From assembly GCA_044446265.1 (NCBI GenBank), contig JBIOES010000001.1, forward strand, positions 1 to 47,405: DNA of 47,405 nucleotides, in the 5' to 3' direction. Positions 1 through 14,153 of this stretch are shown piece by piece (the stretch's first letter is position 1; each line of letters starts with the position of its first letter). The translations under genes and the position numbers were made by a program. The DNA is from Solirubrobacterales bacterium. GTDB lineage: Bacteria; Actinomycetota; Thermoleophilia; Solirubrobacterales; Solirubrobacteraceae. Below the pieces are notes generated by a model, which was not told where the DNA came from, did not search any database, and saw only the letters and a program-made list of their open reading frames with translations.

Positions 1-45
1 GGTCTGCCTCGCCCAGCGGATCCCCGCGCGCACGATGACCGAGCG

Positions 46-2868
<2,823 letters not shown>

Positions 2869-2874
<6 letters not shown>

Positions 2875-3987
2875 CGGCATTGGGAGGGGCGCCCCTCCAA
2901 GTACGGTTCGGACCTGCCGGGCGATTTCGAGATCCTCGCGGGCGGTGAGCACCAGCGTACGCACCGCAGCCCCGGCCAGGCCGATCTCGGTGTCCGCCGC
3001 GGTATCTCGGTTGCGGTCCTCGTCGATCGCGACGCCCAGGAACGCCAGCCCCCTCGCGGCTCGCGCACGCACCTCGGCCGCGCGCTCGCCCACGCCGCCG
3101 GTGAACACGAGCGCATCCAAGCCGCCGAGTGACGCCGCCATCGCGGCTATGCCGCCGCGCAGCCGATGGGCATAGACATCCAACGCCAGTCGTGCCGTCC
3201 GCTCACCGGCCGTGGCGCGGGCGATGATCTCGCGCATGTCGGCGCTGCCCGCGAGACCGAGCAGGCCGGAGCGGTGCTCGAGCGCATCGGCGAGCTCTGC
3301 GGCCGACAGCTCCTCGTGCTCGAGCAACCACAGCAGCATCCCCGGGTCGACGCTGCCCGAGCGCGTGGCCATCACGAGTCCCTCGAGCGGCGTGAACCCC
3401 ATCGTCGTGTCGAGCGAGCGCCCGGCCTCGATCGCGCACAGCGAGGCCCCGGCCCCCAGATGAGCGCTGACGATCCGCAGATCCGCCGTCGCTCGCCCGA
3501 GCAGCTCCGGTGCGCGTCGCGCGACCCAGGCGTGGGAGAGGCCGTGAAAGCCGTAGCGGCGCAGACCCCAACGCTCACTCCACCCCGCGGGCAGCGCGTA
3601 GGTGGCCGCAGCAGCGGGGAGAGTGGCATGAAAGGCGGTGTCAAAGCAAGCGACCGCGGGTAGATCCGGCAACGCCTCCGTGATCGCGTCGAGCGCCGCG
3701 AGCGACTCGGGCTGGTGCAGCGGAGCGAGGCCCACGAGCTCGCGTAGAGCCACCTCCACGTCCGCCGTGATCGCGACAGCATCTCGGAAGCGCTCGCCGC
3801 CATGCACGATGCGGTGGCCGATGGCATCGGCTTCGCGCAGCGGCGAGTCGAGCTCCTCGCGCAGCGTGCGGCGATCGATCCGCGCCTGGGGCGTCGGCAG
3901 CTCGCGCTCGACGAGCGTGCTGTCCTCGCCGTCCAGCAGCGCCAGCTTCAGCGTGCTGGACCCAGCGTTGACGACCAGGACACGCAC
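2869..3987 (-). CDS. ackA: Acetate/propionate kinase
   Basis: VLVVNAGSSTLK, GHRIVHGG, APLH, FDTAFH, RRYGFHGLSH, HLGAGAS, DTTMGFTPLEG, VFTGGVGE. Confidence 0.95.
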
Positions 3988-3989
3988 GG

Positions 3990-6500
3990 CTACAGCGCGC
4001 TGTGACCGGGGGCGTCCGCGCCCTGGGGCTCGGTGCCTGGCACATCCGCGCCCTGGGGGCCGGCGCTCACTGCGACAGGCCAGCGCCAGTCCGTGACGTC
4101 GGGCGGGTCCAGTCCGTGCTCGCGCGTGTAGGCGCGGTGGCGCAATCGCTCATCGACCATCTGCTGGCGCAGATGAGCCGCGTGCTCGGATAGGCCGGGC
4201 ACGCGGTCGATCACGTCCATCACCAGGTGGAAGCGGTCGAGGTCGTTGAGCATCACCATGTCGAACGGGGTCGTGGTGGTGCCCTCCTCCTTGTAGCCCC
4301 GAACATGGATGTTGTGATGGTTGGTGCGGCGATAGGTCAGGCGGTGGATCAGCCAGGGGTAGCCGTGATAGGCGAAGATCACCGGCCGGCCGGTCGTGAA
4401 CAGCGCGTCGAACTCCACGTCGGACAGGCCATGCGGATGCTCGCTCTCGGGCTCCAGGCGCATGATGTCCACGACGTTCACCACCCTCACCTTCAACGTG
4501 GGTAGGCGCTCGCGCAGTATCGCCGCCGCGGCCAGCGTCTCCAGCGTCGGCACGTCCCCCGCGCAGCCCAGCACCACGTCGGGCTCCTCTTCGCCATCGC
4601 TGCACGCCCACTCCCAGATGCCCACACCGCGCGTGCAGTGCGCCACGGCATCCTCCATCGAGAGGTAGTTGAGCGCGGGCTGCTTTCCCGCGACGATCAC
4701 GTTGACGTAGTCGCGGCTGCGCAGGCAGTGATCGGCCACCGACAGCAGGCAGTTGGCGTCCGGCGGCAAGTACACCCGCACGATCTCGGCCTTCTTGTTG
4801 AGCACGTGGTCGATGAACCCGGGGTCCTGGTGGGAGAAGCCGTTGTGATCCTGGCGCCACACATGCGAAGACAGCAGGTAGTTCAGCGACGCGACCGGCG
4901 CGCGCCAAGGGATGCCCCGCGTCACCTTCAGCCACTTGGCGTGCTGGTTGAACATCGAGTCCACGATGTGGATGAACGCCTCATAGCAGTTGAACAGCCC
5001 GTGACGACCCGTCAGCAGGTAGCCCTCGAGCCAGCCCTCGCAGAGGTGCTCGCTCAGGACCTCCATCACCCGCCCGTCGCGTGCGAGGTGATCATCGCTC
5101 TCCAGCCGCTGCGCCTCCCAGGTGCGATTCGTGGCCTCGAACACCGCGCCCAGGCGATTGGAGGCCGTCTCGTCCGGACCCATGACCCGGAAGCGTTCGG
5201 GGTTGCGGGCGGTCACATCGCGCAGGAACACACCAAGCACACGCATGGGCTCGCTGCTGCTCGCTGTCGGAGCGGGCACCTCGACGGCGTAGTCGCGGAA
5301 GTCGGGCAGCTCCAGCTCGCGCAGCAGCAGGCCGCCGTTGGCGTGCGGGTTTGCGCCCATGCGCCGCTGGCCCCGCGGGGCCAGCGCGGCCAGCTCCGCG
5401 CGCAGCGCGCCACGCTCGTCGAACAGCTCCTGCGGGCGGTAGGAGCGAAGCCACTCCTCCAACTGCGCCAGGTGCTCCGGGCTGCCGGCGACGTTGGCGA
5501 TGGGCACCTGGTGGGAGCGAAAGGACCCCTCCGCCGGCAGCCCGTCGACCTGCTTGGGGCCGGTCCAGCCCTTCGGCGTACGCAGCACGATCATCGGCCA
5601 GCGCGGTCGCGCCGCGTGGGTGGGGTCTTCATCCGGGGCGGGGGTTTCTTCATCCCGCGCGAGGTCTCCAACCTCGCGAGCGCGGCGCTGGATCTCCGCG
5701 ATCTCCGCGGTGACCTCATCGAGCGTGGCGGCCATCAGCCGGTGCATCGTCTCGGGCTCCGCTCCCTCGACGAAGCGCGGCGCGTACCCATACCCCTCGA
5801 GCAGCGAGCGCAGCTCGGCATGAGGGATGCGCGCGAGCACGGTGGGACTCGCGATCTTGTACCCGTTGAGATGCAGCACCGGCAGCACCGCCCCATCGCG
5901 AGCGGGGTCGAGGAACTTGTTGGAGTGCCAACTGGCCGCCAGCGGACCCGTTTCCGCCTCGCCGTCGCCGATGACACAGCACACCAGCAGGTCGGGGTTG
6001 TCGAACGCCGCCCCGTGGGCATGGGCCAGGGAGTAGCCCAGCTCGCCGCCCTCGTGGATCGACCCCGGCGTCTCCGGCGCAACATGGCTCGGGATGCCGC
6101 CGGGGAAGGAGAACTGGCGGAACAACCTGCGCAGGCCCTCCTCGTCGCGACCGATGTGGGGGTAGACCTCGCTGTAGGTGCCCTCCAAGTAAACGTTTGC
6201 GACGATCCCTGGGCCACCGTGACCGGGGCCGATGACGTAGATCGCGTTCAGGTCGCGCTCGCGGATCACGCGGTTCATGTGCGCGTAGATGAAGTTCAAG
6301 CCGGGGGTCGTGCCCCAATGGCCGAGCAGGCGGGGCTTTACATGCTCGATCGCAAGCGGCTCGCGCAGCAGCGGATTGTCAAGCAGATATATCTGTCCGA
6401 CCGAGAGGTAGTTGGCCGCGCGCCAGTAGGCATCCAACGTGCGCAGCTCTTCAGCAGATGGGGGCGCGTATGCAGCGCTGATCGTGGCATGTTCGATCAC
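3990..6500 (-). CDS. xfp: Xylulose-5-P/fructose-6-P phosphoketolase
   Basis: [73 protein letters not shown]. Confidence 0.96.
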   Translation of the reverse strand: MIEHATISAAYAPPSAEELRTLDAYWRAANYLSVGQIYLLDNPLLREPLAIEHVKPRLLGHWGTTPGLNFIYAHMNRVIRERDLNAIYVIGPGHGGPGIVANVYLEGTYSEVYPHIGRDEEGLRRLFRQFSFPGGIPSHVAPETPGSIHEGGELGYSLAHAHGAAFDNPDLLVCCVIGDGEAETGPLAASWHSNKFLDPARDGAVLPVLHLNGYKIASPTVLARIPHAELRSLLEGYGYAPRFVEGAEPETMHRLMAATLDEVTAEIAEIQRRAREVGDLARDEETPAPDEDPTHAARPRWPMIVLRTPKGWTGPKQVDGLPAEGSFRSHQVPIANVAGSPEHLAQLEEWLRSYRPQELFDERGALRAELAALAPRGQRRMGANPHANGGLLLRELELPDFRDYAVEVPAPTASSSEPMRVLGVFLRDVTARNPERFRVMGPDETASNRLGAVFEATNRTWEAQRLESDDHLARDGRVMEVLSEHLCEGWLEGYLLTGRHGLFNCYEAFIHIVDSMFNQHAKWLKVTRGIPWRAPVASLNYLLSSHVWRQDHNGFSHQDPGFIDHVLNKKAEIVRVYLPPDANCLLSVADHCLRSRDYVNVIVAGKQPALNYLSMEDAVAHCTRGVGIWEWACSDGEEEPDVVLGCAGDVPTLETLAAAAILRERLPTLKVRVVNVVDIMRLEPESEHPHGLSDVEFDALFTTGRPVIFAYHGYPWLIHRLTYRRTNHHNIHVRGYKEEGTTTTPFDMVMLNDLDRFHLVMDVIDRVPGLSEHAAHLRQQMVDERLRHRAYTREHGLDPPDVTDWRWPVAVSAGPQGADVPGTEPQGADAPGHSAL

Positions 6501-6662
6501 AGAGGGAACTCCGCTCGTTTGCGGCCGAGTAGTGAGGTTAGTCTCCCATGGGAGCAGAGCTTGCCCAGTAAAAACCCGCAGCTACTCAAGTGGTCCTCCC
6601 CGGATGCCGCCGGGGCCGTCGCGATCTAGCGTGTTTGCCGATCCCGACAAGGAGACTCATCA

Positions 6663-7568
6663 ATGTTCAAGAACGTGCTCGTGGGGGTGGACGGCAGACC
6701 CAACGGCCGCGACGCCATCGCGCTTGCCTCCCGCCTCACGGACCCCGATGGGAAGCTGACGCTCGCTCATGTGCGCAGCGGCGCGCTACACCCGGGGCAC
6801 GCCATCGCCATCGGCCGGCTGACAGAGGAGCGTGAGGCTTCCCACAAGCTGATGGAGCAGGAGCGCACCGCGGCCGATGTCCAAGCGGAGCTTCTCAGCA
6901 TCGTGGCGATGAGCCCCGGTCGCGGCCTGCACGAGCAGGCCGAGGAGCAGCAGGCGGACCTGATCGTGGTCGGCTCCTGCAGCCACAGCGCTATCGGGCG
7001 CGCGATGCTCGGCGATGACACGCGCGCCGCGCTGAATGGCGCTCCCTGCGCGGTCGCAGTCGCTCCCCTCGGATATGCCGACGGGCGGGCCTCCATAACC
7101 AAGGTCGGCGTCGCGTACAACGACTCACCCGAGAGCAAGGCGGCGCTCGCGATGGCACGGACGCTGGCGGCTCCAACCAGGGCAACGGTTCACGCATTGG
7201 AAGTCGTCCCGATAGCAAGCTACGCCTACACCGGGATCATTCCCCCAGCGATCGGGGAGAGCATCGACGTGCTCCTCCAGGAAGCAAACGGCCGCATGAA
7301 AGAACTACCCGACGTCGAGGGTCACGCCGTGTACGGCCTCCCGGGTGAGGAGTTGGCCGCCTTCGGCGATCAGGTGGACATCCTGGTGGTCGGCTCGCGC
7401 GGCTACGGGCCAGTCAAGCGCCTGGTGCTCGGCAGCACCTCCGACTACCTGGAGCGCCACGCGCGCTGTGCACTGCTCGTGCTGCGCCGCGCAGCCACCA
7501 GCCCCGCTGAGGACTCCACGACTTCAAGTGAGCTCCAAGCTGAAACCCCAGCAGGCACAACCGCCTGA
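6663..7568 (+). CDS. Tandem-domain universal stress protein
   Basis: Two USP domains (VLVGVDG...DLIVVGS...MLGD; VGVAYNDS...ILVVGSRGYG...LGSTS); AAGGAG RBS upstream. Confidence 0.92.
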   Translation: MFKNVLVGVDGRPNGRDAIALASRLTDPDGKLTLAHVRSGALHPGHAIAIGRLTEEREASHKLMEQERTAADVQAELLSIVAMSPGRGLHEQAEEQQADLIVVGSCSHSAIGRAMLGDDTRAALNGAPCAVAVAPLGYADGRASITKVGVAYNDSPESKAALAMARTLAAPTRATVHALEVVPIASYAYTGIIPPAIGESIDVLLQEANGRMKELPDVEGHAVYGLPGEELAAFGDQVDILVVGSRGYGPVKRLVLGSTSDYLERHARCALLVLRRAATSPAEDSTTSSELQAETPAGTTA

Positions 7569-7631
7569 TCTCGGAAACGGCACGGCATCCGCAACTCGCC
7601 GCAGGTAATCGACTGTTGGGTCGATACCTTC

Positions 7632-8336
7632 ATGGCGATGACCAACAAAGACGCTGCACCCCTAGACGCTGCCACGGCGGGGGAGGTTTCCTCCTCGGAG
7701 CCGATCCGCATCGTTCTCGCTGACGATCACGAGGTGGTGCGCAGTGGGTTGCGGATGCTGCTCGACTCCGAAAGCGACTTCGAGGTCGTCGCCGAGGCCA
7801 GCGATATAGAAAGCGCCCGGCGCTACGTGCGCGGGCATCACCCCAGAGTGCTTGTGCTCGACCTGAACATGCCCGGCGGTTCGAGCCTCGAGGCGATCCC
7901 GGTCATCCGCGAGGAGTCGCCCGACACGCAGATCGTCGTGCTGACCATGCAGCGGGAGCCTGCGTTCGCTCGCGAGGCTCTTGGCGCGGGGGCGCTTGGC
8001 TATGTCCTCAAGGAGGCCGCCAACAGCGAGCTCGTCGAGGCGGTGCGGCGGGCCGCCGTGGGAGATGGCTACCTGAACCCCAGGCTGGGTGCGCGCATCG
8101 CTTCAGAGCCGCCTCCGGGCCCGCCGGACGATCTCTCAGAGCGCGAGGTCGAGGTGCTGCGGCTGATTGCACGCGGGCACACCAACGCCGAGACCGCAGC
8201 GCAGCTGTACCTATCGGTGCGCACCGTCGAGACCCATCGCTCGCACATCCAGCAGAAGCTCAGGCTCTCCACCCGTGCCGAACTCGTCGGCTACGCGCTC
8301 GAGCGCGGACTGATCAGCGATGCTGGCAAGAGCTGA
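7632..8336 (+). CDS. NarL/LuxR-family response regulator
   Basis: Receiver (IVLADDH, VLDLNMP, VLTM, YVLK) plus LuxR HTH (LSEREVEVLRLIARG...SVRTVETH). Confidence 0.93.
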   Translation: MAMTNKDAAPLDAATAGEVSSSEPIRIVLADDHEVVRSGLRMLLDSESDFEVVAEASDIESARRYVRGHHPRVLVLDLNMPGGSSLEAIPVIREESPDTQIVVLTMQREPAFAREALGAGALGYVLKEAANSELVEAVRRAAVGDGYLNPRLGARIASEPPPGPPDDLSEREVEVLRLIARGHTNAETAAQLYLSVRTVETHRSHIQQKLRLSTRAELVGYALERGLISDAGKS

Positions 8337-8421
8337 CTCGACCTCGCCGGGGCTCTGACCCGGTGCGGTGTCACGCGCATGACACCACTGAAGGCCCTCT
8401 CGGGAACATAGTCCCTGCTCG

Positions 8422-9141
8422 GTGATCGACCTGCACTGCCATATCCTGCCGGAGCTCGACGACGGCGCGGTCGATCTCGATGACAGTTTGGCGATGGCGC
8501 GCCAGGCCGAGGAAGACGGCATCGCGGTCGTGTGCGCGACACCCCACATTCGACACGATCACAACGTGCGCATCGAGGAGATCGCCGCGCGGACGCATGT
8601 GGTGCAGAGGCACCTCGACGATCATGGCGTCCACGTTCGGATCGTGCCGGGCGGGGAGCTCGCTCAGACTGAGGCCACTCGCCTGACCGACGCCCAGCTG
8701 CGCTTGGTGGCACTCGGCGGGGCGGGTGGATGGGTACTGCTGGAGCCGGCCCCCGGATCGCTCGGGGGTGACCTCGAGGCGTGTGTCGAGAGCCTTGCAG
8801 AGCGAGGGCTCCAGACGGTCGTCGCTCATCCAGAGCGTCACGCCGGGGTCGACTTCGAGGAGCGCCTGCAGAGGCTCGCCGGCGCCGGATGCCTGATCCA
8901 GTGGACAGCCGAGTTCGTCGCCGACACCCCTGGAGACCTTGTACCGCGACTGGCTGAAGATGGCTTGGTGCACCTGCTCGGCAGCGACGCCCACTCCTCA
9001 CACGCAGGGCGCCGCGTGGGACTGGCAGCAGGCTTCGCGCGCCTGGCCACCGTCTGCACCCCGGCGCGGATCGCGTGGATGATCGACTACGCGCCGCAGG
9101 CGATCCTGCACGGGGAATCGGTCACTCCCGCACCCCCGTGA
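8422..9141 (+). CDS. PHP-fold protein-tyrosine phosphatase (CpsB/CapC/YwqE family)
   Basis: MIDLHCHILPELDDG, ATPH, AHPER and GSDAH metal-binding motifs. Confidence 0.88.
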   Translation: MIDLHCHILPELDDGAVDLDDSLAMARQAEEDGIAVVCATPHIRHDHNVRIEEIAARTHVVQRHLDDHGVHVRIVPGGELAQTEATRLTDAQLRLVALGGAGGWVLLEPAPGSLGGDLEACVESLAERGLQTVVAHPERHAGVDFEERLQRLAGAGCLIQWTAEFVADTPGDLVPRLAEDGLVHLLGSDAHSSHAGRRVGLAAGFARLATVCTPARIAWMIDYAPQAILHGESVTPAPP

Positions 9142-10096
9142 GCGGATCGAGCCCGACGCTGTCCACCAGCCGCTCGACGACCTCGCGGGAGGCGCTGCCC
9201 AGTCCACGGCGCAGGAAGTTGGCGGCGCCCGCCGCCGCGCCGACCCTCACCGCCGCCTCCAAGCTCTCGCCCTGTGCCCAGGTGGCGGCGAGCGCGCCCA
9301 TCATCGCGTCGCCGCAACCCTCGCGGAACCCACGTGTGAAGGCGGGCGGCGTCAGCCACCACGCCCGCTCGCCCGCAAGCACCAGTCCCGGCTGCTCGCC
9401 GCGAGTCACGATCACCGCCTGCGCGCCCTCCTCGCACAGGCGCCGCGCCGCGGCGTGCAGCTGCGCCGGCTCGGATACGGGGCCGCGCACGAACTCCGCG
9501 AGCTCCCAGTCGTTGAGCTTCACCAGGTCGGGTTTCCCCCGCAACGCGCTGTCCAGGCGTGGTGTGGAGAGGTCGACCAGGGTGCGGCAGCCGCCCGCGC
9601 GCGCGTCAGCGATCAGGTCGCCGTAGATCTCCAGCGGCAGCGCATCTGCGGGCATCGGGTTGGTGACCACCAGCCAGCCGTCCGCGATCGCCTCCGCGCA
9701 CGTGATCGAGAAGAGCTCGTCGACCTCGTGGCGGGAGGGAGGGTCGCTGAGCGTACAGGTAAGCAGCTGGCGCTCACCCGAGCGACGATCGGTCACATAG
9801 CAGCCGCTCGCGGATGCGGTGCCCACCAGGCGCTGCGCCCCGCCGAGCCGCTGCAGCAGCCCACCCAGCAACACACCGCTCTCCCCACCCAGAAATCCGC
9901 AAAGCACCGGCTCGGCGCCCAGGCAGGCGACCATCCGAGCCACCCACACGCCCTGTCCACCGGGGTGGAAGTGGACCTGCTCACGCCCGGCTCCCTCCCG
10001 CTCGAGGGTGACCGTGAGCAGCGGGTGAGGCGCAAAGACGGCCACCCGTGGACACCGCTCCTTGACGCTCTCCTCGCAGTCTTGGGTCCTAGGCAT
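9122..10096 (-). CDS. PfkB / 1-phosphofructokinase-family sugar kinase
   Basis: PGGQGVWVAR, KLNDWEL, VTRG, GCGDAMMGA. Start placed at ATG 10096; ORF track extends to 10123. Confidence 0.85.
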   Translation of the reverse strand: MPRTQDCEESVKERCPRVAVFAPHPLLTVTLEREGAGREQVHFHPGGQGVWVARMVACLGAEPVLCGFLGGESGVLLGGLLQRLGGAQRLVGTASASGCYVTDRRSGERQLLTCTLSDPPSRHEVDELFSITCAEAIADGWLVVTNPMPADALPLEIYGDLIADARAGGCRTLVDLSTPRLDSALRGKPDLVKLNDWELAEFVRGPVSEPAQLHAAARRLCEEGAQAVIVTRGEQPGLVLAGERAWWLTPPAFTRGFREGCGDAMMGALAATWAQGESLEAAVRVGAAAGAANFLRRGLGSASREVVERLVDSVGLDPLTGVRE

Positions 10097-10148
10097 GTAC
10101 GCAAGCCCCGGCGAGCGCAGCAACCCAAACGGTCATGATCTCACTCTC

Positions 10149-11777
10149 TCAGATGGTCTCGGGGATCATTTCGATGGCCCCGCACGGGCACTCCTGCACG
10201 CAGATCCCGCAGCCCTTGCAGTAGTCGAGGTCGAACGCGTAGCCGTCTCCCTCCTCGACCTTTATAACGGCGTTGTCGGGGCACACGCCGTAGCAGTTGT
10301 CGCAGCCAAAGCAGTTTCCGCACGAGAGGCAGCGGCGGGCCTCGAACAGCGCGTTGGTCTCGTCGAGTCCCTGCGTGACCTCATCGAACGTGGACTGGCG
10401 GCGGATGACGTCGAGGTGCGGCGCGACGGTCTTCGGCGCGTCCGCGTAGTACCACGTGTTGAGCATCTCAAAGCTCGCGAGCTCTGATTCGGATGCTCGC
10501 GCGAGCTCGGCGCTGCGCAGCCATGCGTCGATGTTGCGCGCAGCCTGCTTGCCGTGGCCGACACCGACCGTGACGGTACGCTCGGCAGGCACCATATCCC
10601 CGCCGGCAAAGATGCCCTCGTGGCCGGTCATCATGCGCTCATCGACCCGCACGACGCCCTCGTCGATCTCAAGGCCGGGCACCCCGTCGAGCAACGAGAG
10701 ATCGGCCTCCTGGCCGAGGGCGAGCACGAGTGAGTCGGCCTGCAGCTCCGCCAGCTCGCCGGTGGGCTGCGGGAAGCCGGAGGCGTCGAGCTCCATCCTC
10801 TCCAGCAACACCCTGCCCTCGCTGGCGTGGCGGATTGTGGAGAGCCACTTCATCATCACGCCCTCTTCGAGCGCTTCCTGCACCTCGGAGTCGTGGGCGG
10901 GCATGCGATCGCGCGTGCGCCGGTACACGACGATCGCCTCGCTGGCGCCCAGGCGCTTGGCTGTGCGCGCGACGTCCATCGCCGTGTTGCCGCCACCGTA
11001 GACGACGACGCGCCGGCCGAGCAACGGGCGCTCCTCGCCCTCCATGCCGTGCAGCAGCGTGATGGCGTCGAGGATGTGCGCCGCCTCGCCGGCGGGTATG
11101 TACGCGCGCTTGCCGATGTGCGCGCCGACCGCCAGGAACGCGGCGTCGAAGGAGCCCTCGCGCATCGCGTCGAGAAGGTTCGTGACCTTGGAGTCCAGTT
11201 CGAGCGTCACGCCGAGGTCGAGGATGCGCTGCACCTCGGCGTCGAGGACCTCGCGTGGCAGCCGGTAGCGCGGGATGCCGAAGCGCATCATGCCGCCCGC
11301 CATCGGCCCTGCCTCCCTGATCGTGACCGCGTGGCCGCGGCGCGCGAGCTGGTAGGCGGCGGACAGCCCGGATGGGCCCGCGCCGACGATGAGCACGCGC
11401 TTGCCGGTCTGCTCGTCCGCGGCCGGGAGCTTCCACCCCTGCCGGATCGCCTCATCGCCGAGGAACCGCTCGACGCCGTGGATGCCGACGGTGTCATCGA
11501 CCTGCGCGCGGTTGCAGGCGGTCTCGCACGGGTGGTAGCAGACGCGCCCCATGACAGCGGGCAGCGGATTGTCCTCGACGAGCTCGCGCCAGGCGGTCTC
11601 GTAGTCGCCGGACTCGGCGTGGTAGAGCCACTGCTGGATGTTCTCCCCGGCGGGGCAGGCGTGGTTGCACGGCGGCAGGCGGTGAACGTACAGCGGGCGC
11701 TCCTCGCGCCAAGAGCCGGTCTTGTTGGCCAGGCTCGAACCGACGTCGAGCGTGATCGCGAAGGGCTTGTCCATCAC
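10149..11777 (-). CDS. GltD/NfnB-like FAD/NAD(P)-binding Fe-S flavoprotein fused with PorD-like 2x[4Fe-4S] ferredoxin
   Basis: N-term [47 protein letters not shown]; C-term [18 protein letters not shown] and [14 protein letters not shown]. Confidence 0.88.
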   Translation of the reverse strand: MMDKPFAITLDVGSSLANKTGSWREERPLYVHRLPPCNHACPAGENIQQWLYHAESGDYETAWRELVEDNPLPAVMGRVCYHPCETACNRAQVDDTVGIHGVERFLGDEAIRQGWKLPAADEQTGKRVLIVGAGPSGLSAAYQLARRGHAVTIREAGPMAGGMMRFGIPRYRLPREVLDAEVQRILDLGVTLELDSKVTNLLDAMREGSFDAAFLAVGAHIGKRAYIPAGEAAHILDAITLLHGMEGEERPLLGRRVVVYGGGNTAMDVARTAKRLGASEAIVVYRRTRDRMPAHDSEVQEALEEGVMMKWLSTIRHASEGRVLLERMELDASGFPQPTGELAELQADSLVLALGQEADLSLLDGVPGLEIDEGVVRVDERMMTGHEGIFAGGDMVPAERTVTVGVGHGKQAARNIDAWLRSAELARASESELASFEMLNTWYYADAPKTVAPHLDVIRRQSTFDEVTQGLDETNALFEARRCLSCGNCFGCDNCYGVCPDNAVIKVEEGDGYAFDLDYCKGCGICVQECPCGAIEMIPETI

Positions 11778-12886
11778 TCGGCCCCGCGAGCCTCATCGGT
11801 GGTTGTTGTTGGGATGAGGCGCCCCCCTGGGGGGCGCCCCGCGGCGTTCGCAGCGCGTGTGACGGGCGTGTCGCACGTACCGTGTCGGGTCCCGTCTGCC
11901 TCGAGCAGCCCGAAGCGGCGGATGTTGCGATCGGCGCCGGCCTGGATGCGCGCGATCGTCTCGCTCCTGAGCTCGGGTGCGAACAGGTGCGCGAAGCGCC
12001 TCTGTGGGCGCAGGTAGTCCTCGACGGGCACCTGCCGGCGGATCTTCGAGACGTCTGTCAACTCGCCGTCGCGCGCCTCGAACACCGGGAAGATGCCCGA
12101 CTCCTTCGCGAGGCGGGCGATCCTGATCGTGTCCTTCGATGCGCTCCCCCAGCCGAGCGGGCAGGGAACGAAGACGTGCAGGTAGCGCGCGCCGCGAATC
12201 TCCATCGCGGCCTGGACCTTCGCCTCCAGATCGCGCAACTCCGCGACGGTGGCGGTCGCGACGTAGGGGATCTCGTGCGCCATCGCGATCAGCGGAGCGC
12301 TCTTGCCCTGGCCAAAGACGTTCCCCGGCTCGGGGCCGACGGCCTGCGTCGTGGTCGTGCGCGCGGCCGGCGGCGTGGCGCCCGAGCGCTGCACGCCGGT
12401 GTTCATGTACGCCTCGTTGTCGTAACAGATGTAGAGCACGTCGTCGTTACGCTCGAACATCCCCGAGAGGCACGCCATCCCGATGTCCACGGTGCCGCCG
12501 TCGCCACCCTGCCCGACGACGCGCACGTCATCTCGCCCCTTGGCCCGCAACGCCGCGGCGATGCCACTGGATACGGCGGGCGCGTTGGCGAACAGCGAGT
12601 GAATCCACGGAATCCGCCACGAGGTCTCCGGGTAGGGGGTCGAGAAGACCTCCAAGCAGCCGGTCGCGTTGGCGGCGATCATGCGGCCGTTGGTGGCCTG
12701 CATCGCTGCGTCCAGGGCGTAGCGTGCGCCGAGCGCCTCCCCACAGCCCTGACAGGCGCGGTGCCCGCAGGTGATCGAGTTCGTGCGCTGCTCGCCGGCC
12801 TGCACGGAGCGCTGCTCGGGATCGAGCAGGCGATTGCCGACAGCGAAGCTGCCCGTCTGGTAGAAGCGGATCGGGGGCGCCTTCAT
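11774..12886 (-). CDS. porB: Pyruvate/2-oxoacid:ferredoxin oxidoreductase beta subunit (TPP-binding)
   Basis: [22 protein letters not shown]...[15 protein letters not shown]; ATG 12886 preceded by GAGGAG. Confidence 0.92.
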   Translation of the reverse strand: MKAPPIRFYQTGSFAVGNRLLDPEQRSVQAGEQRTNSITCGHRACQGCGEALGARYALDAAMQATNGRMIAANATGCLEVFSTPYPETSWRIPWIHSLFANAPAVSSGIAAALRAKGRDDVRVVGQGGDGGTVDIGMACLSGMFERNDDVLYICYDNEAYMNTGVQRSGATPPAARTTTTQAVGPEPGNVFGQGKSAPLIAMAHEIPYVATATVAELRDLEAKVQAAMEIRGARYLHVFVPCPLGWGSASKDTIRIARLAKESGIFPVFEARDGELTDVSKIRRQVPVEDYLRPQRRFAHLFAPELRSETIARIQAGADRNIRRFGLLEADGTRHGTCDTPVTRAANAAGRPPGGRLIPTTTTDEARGAE

Positions 12887-12899
12887 GCTCGTGGGCTCC

Positions 12900-14153
12900 T
12901 CATACCGGCCCCGCCGCAACGGGTCCCACATCGCGCAGGATGTTCTCGGCGTGCGGACCCGAGGTGCGCGAGGACTCCATGCGCTCGAGCTCCCGGTTCA
13001 CGACATCCCAATCCATGTCGAGGAACGTCAACGGCTCCAGCTGATCGGCCACCGCGTCGGCGAGGAGCCGGTGTAGTGACGCCTTCGTGATCGGCCGCCC
13101 GCCGAGGCCCGCGATGACCGTATAGCCGTGCAGGTGGATGCCGGCGAGCGCCATGCGTACGTTCGCCGAGACGATCCCGCCGATGCCGACGGCGAGCGCC
13201 TTCTCTAACACGACCACGCGCTGCGCGTGGCTGAGCGCCGCACGCACGGCATCCAGAGGGAACGGGCGGAAGGACGTGATCCCGACGACGCCGATCTTCA
13301 CGCCCTGCTCGCGCAGCTCATCGACCGTGTCCTCGAGCGTTCCGAGCACCGAGCCGAGCGCGAGCACGATCGTCTCCGCATCCTCGGCGCGATATGGACG
13401 GATCAGACCACCCGAGTCGCGCCCGAACGCGCCTTTGAAATCCGCGGCGATCTCGGGAATCAGCTCCAGCGCCCGCATCTGCTTGGCGTGCGCGAGGTAC
13501 TTCACCTCCATGAACGCCTCGGGGCCGACCATCGCGCCGATCGAGATCGGCTCGTCGGGGTCGAGCGCCTGACGCGGCGCAAACGGCGGCAAGAACGCGT
13601 CCACCTGGTCCTGGGTAGGCATCTCCACCCGCTCTACGGCGTGCGTGAGGATGAAGCCATCCATGCACACCATCACCGGCGTCGAGAGCTCCTCGGCGAG
13701 GCGGAACGCCTGAACATGAAGATCGAGCGCCTCCTGGTTGGTCTCCGCGTAGAGCTGGATCCAGCCGCAGTCGCGCTGAGACATCGAATCCGAGTGGTCA
13801 TTCCAGATGTTGATCGGAGCGCCGATCGCGCGGTTGGCGAGGGTCATCACGATCGGCAGGCCAAGCCCCGAGGCGTTGTAGAGCGCCTCGGCCATGTAGA
13901 GCAGACCCTGGCTCGCCGTCGCTGTGTAGGCACGCGCCCCGGTGGCCGAGGCCCCGATCGCAACGGACATGGCGGCGAACTCAGACTCGACGTTCACGAA
14001 CTCGCATGGCGCGAGCTCGCCGCTCTTCACGAGCTGCGAGAGGTTCTCGACGATATGCGTCTGCGGGGAGATCGGGTACGCGCAGATGACCTCCGGCCGG
14101 CACAGCGCCACCGCCTCGGCCACCGCTCGCGAGCCCTCAACCTGCCGGAACAC
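12900..14153 (-). CDS. porA: Pyruvate/2-oxoacid:ferredoxin oxidoreductase alpha subunit
   Basis: AYPISPQT, VESEFAAMS, TATASQGL, NRAIGAPINIWNDHSD, FRPFP, GLGGR. Confidence 0.93.
   Translation of the reverse strand: MFRQVEGSRAVAEAVALCRPEVICAYPISPQTHIVENLSQLVKSGELAPCEFVNVESEFAAMSVAIGASATGARAYTATASQGLLYMAEALYNASGLGLPIVMTLANRAIGAPINIWNDHSDSMSQRDCGWIQLYAETNQEALDLHVQAFRLAEELSTPVMVCMDGFILTHAVERVEMPTQDQVDAFLPPFAPRQALDPDEPISIGAMVGPEAFMEVKYLAHAKQMRALELIPEIAADFKGAFGRDSGGLIRPYRAEDAETIVLALGSVLGTLEDTVDELREQGVKIGVVGITSFRPFPLDAVRAALSHAQRVVVLEKALAVGIGGIVSANVRMALAGIHLHGYTVIAGLGGRPITKASLHRLLADAVADQLEPLTFLDMDWDVVNRELERMESSRTSGPHAENILRDVGPVAAGPV

Noticed and set aside
4638-6629. Long antisense or alternative-frame ORFs (also 40271-43021, 37332-39146, 17277-18674, 17473-19200)
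   Set aside because: Typical high-GC shadows of well-supported genes, with no recognisable motifs
6505-6660. DosR-type palindromic boxes in the xfp/USP intergenic region and upstream of ppsA
   Set aside because: Only weak GG-N-CC-like similarities were visible; I could not define a consistent motif by eye
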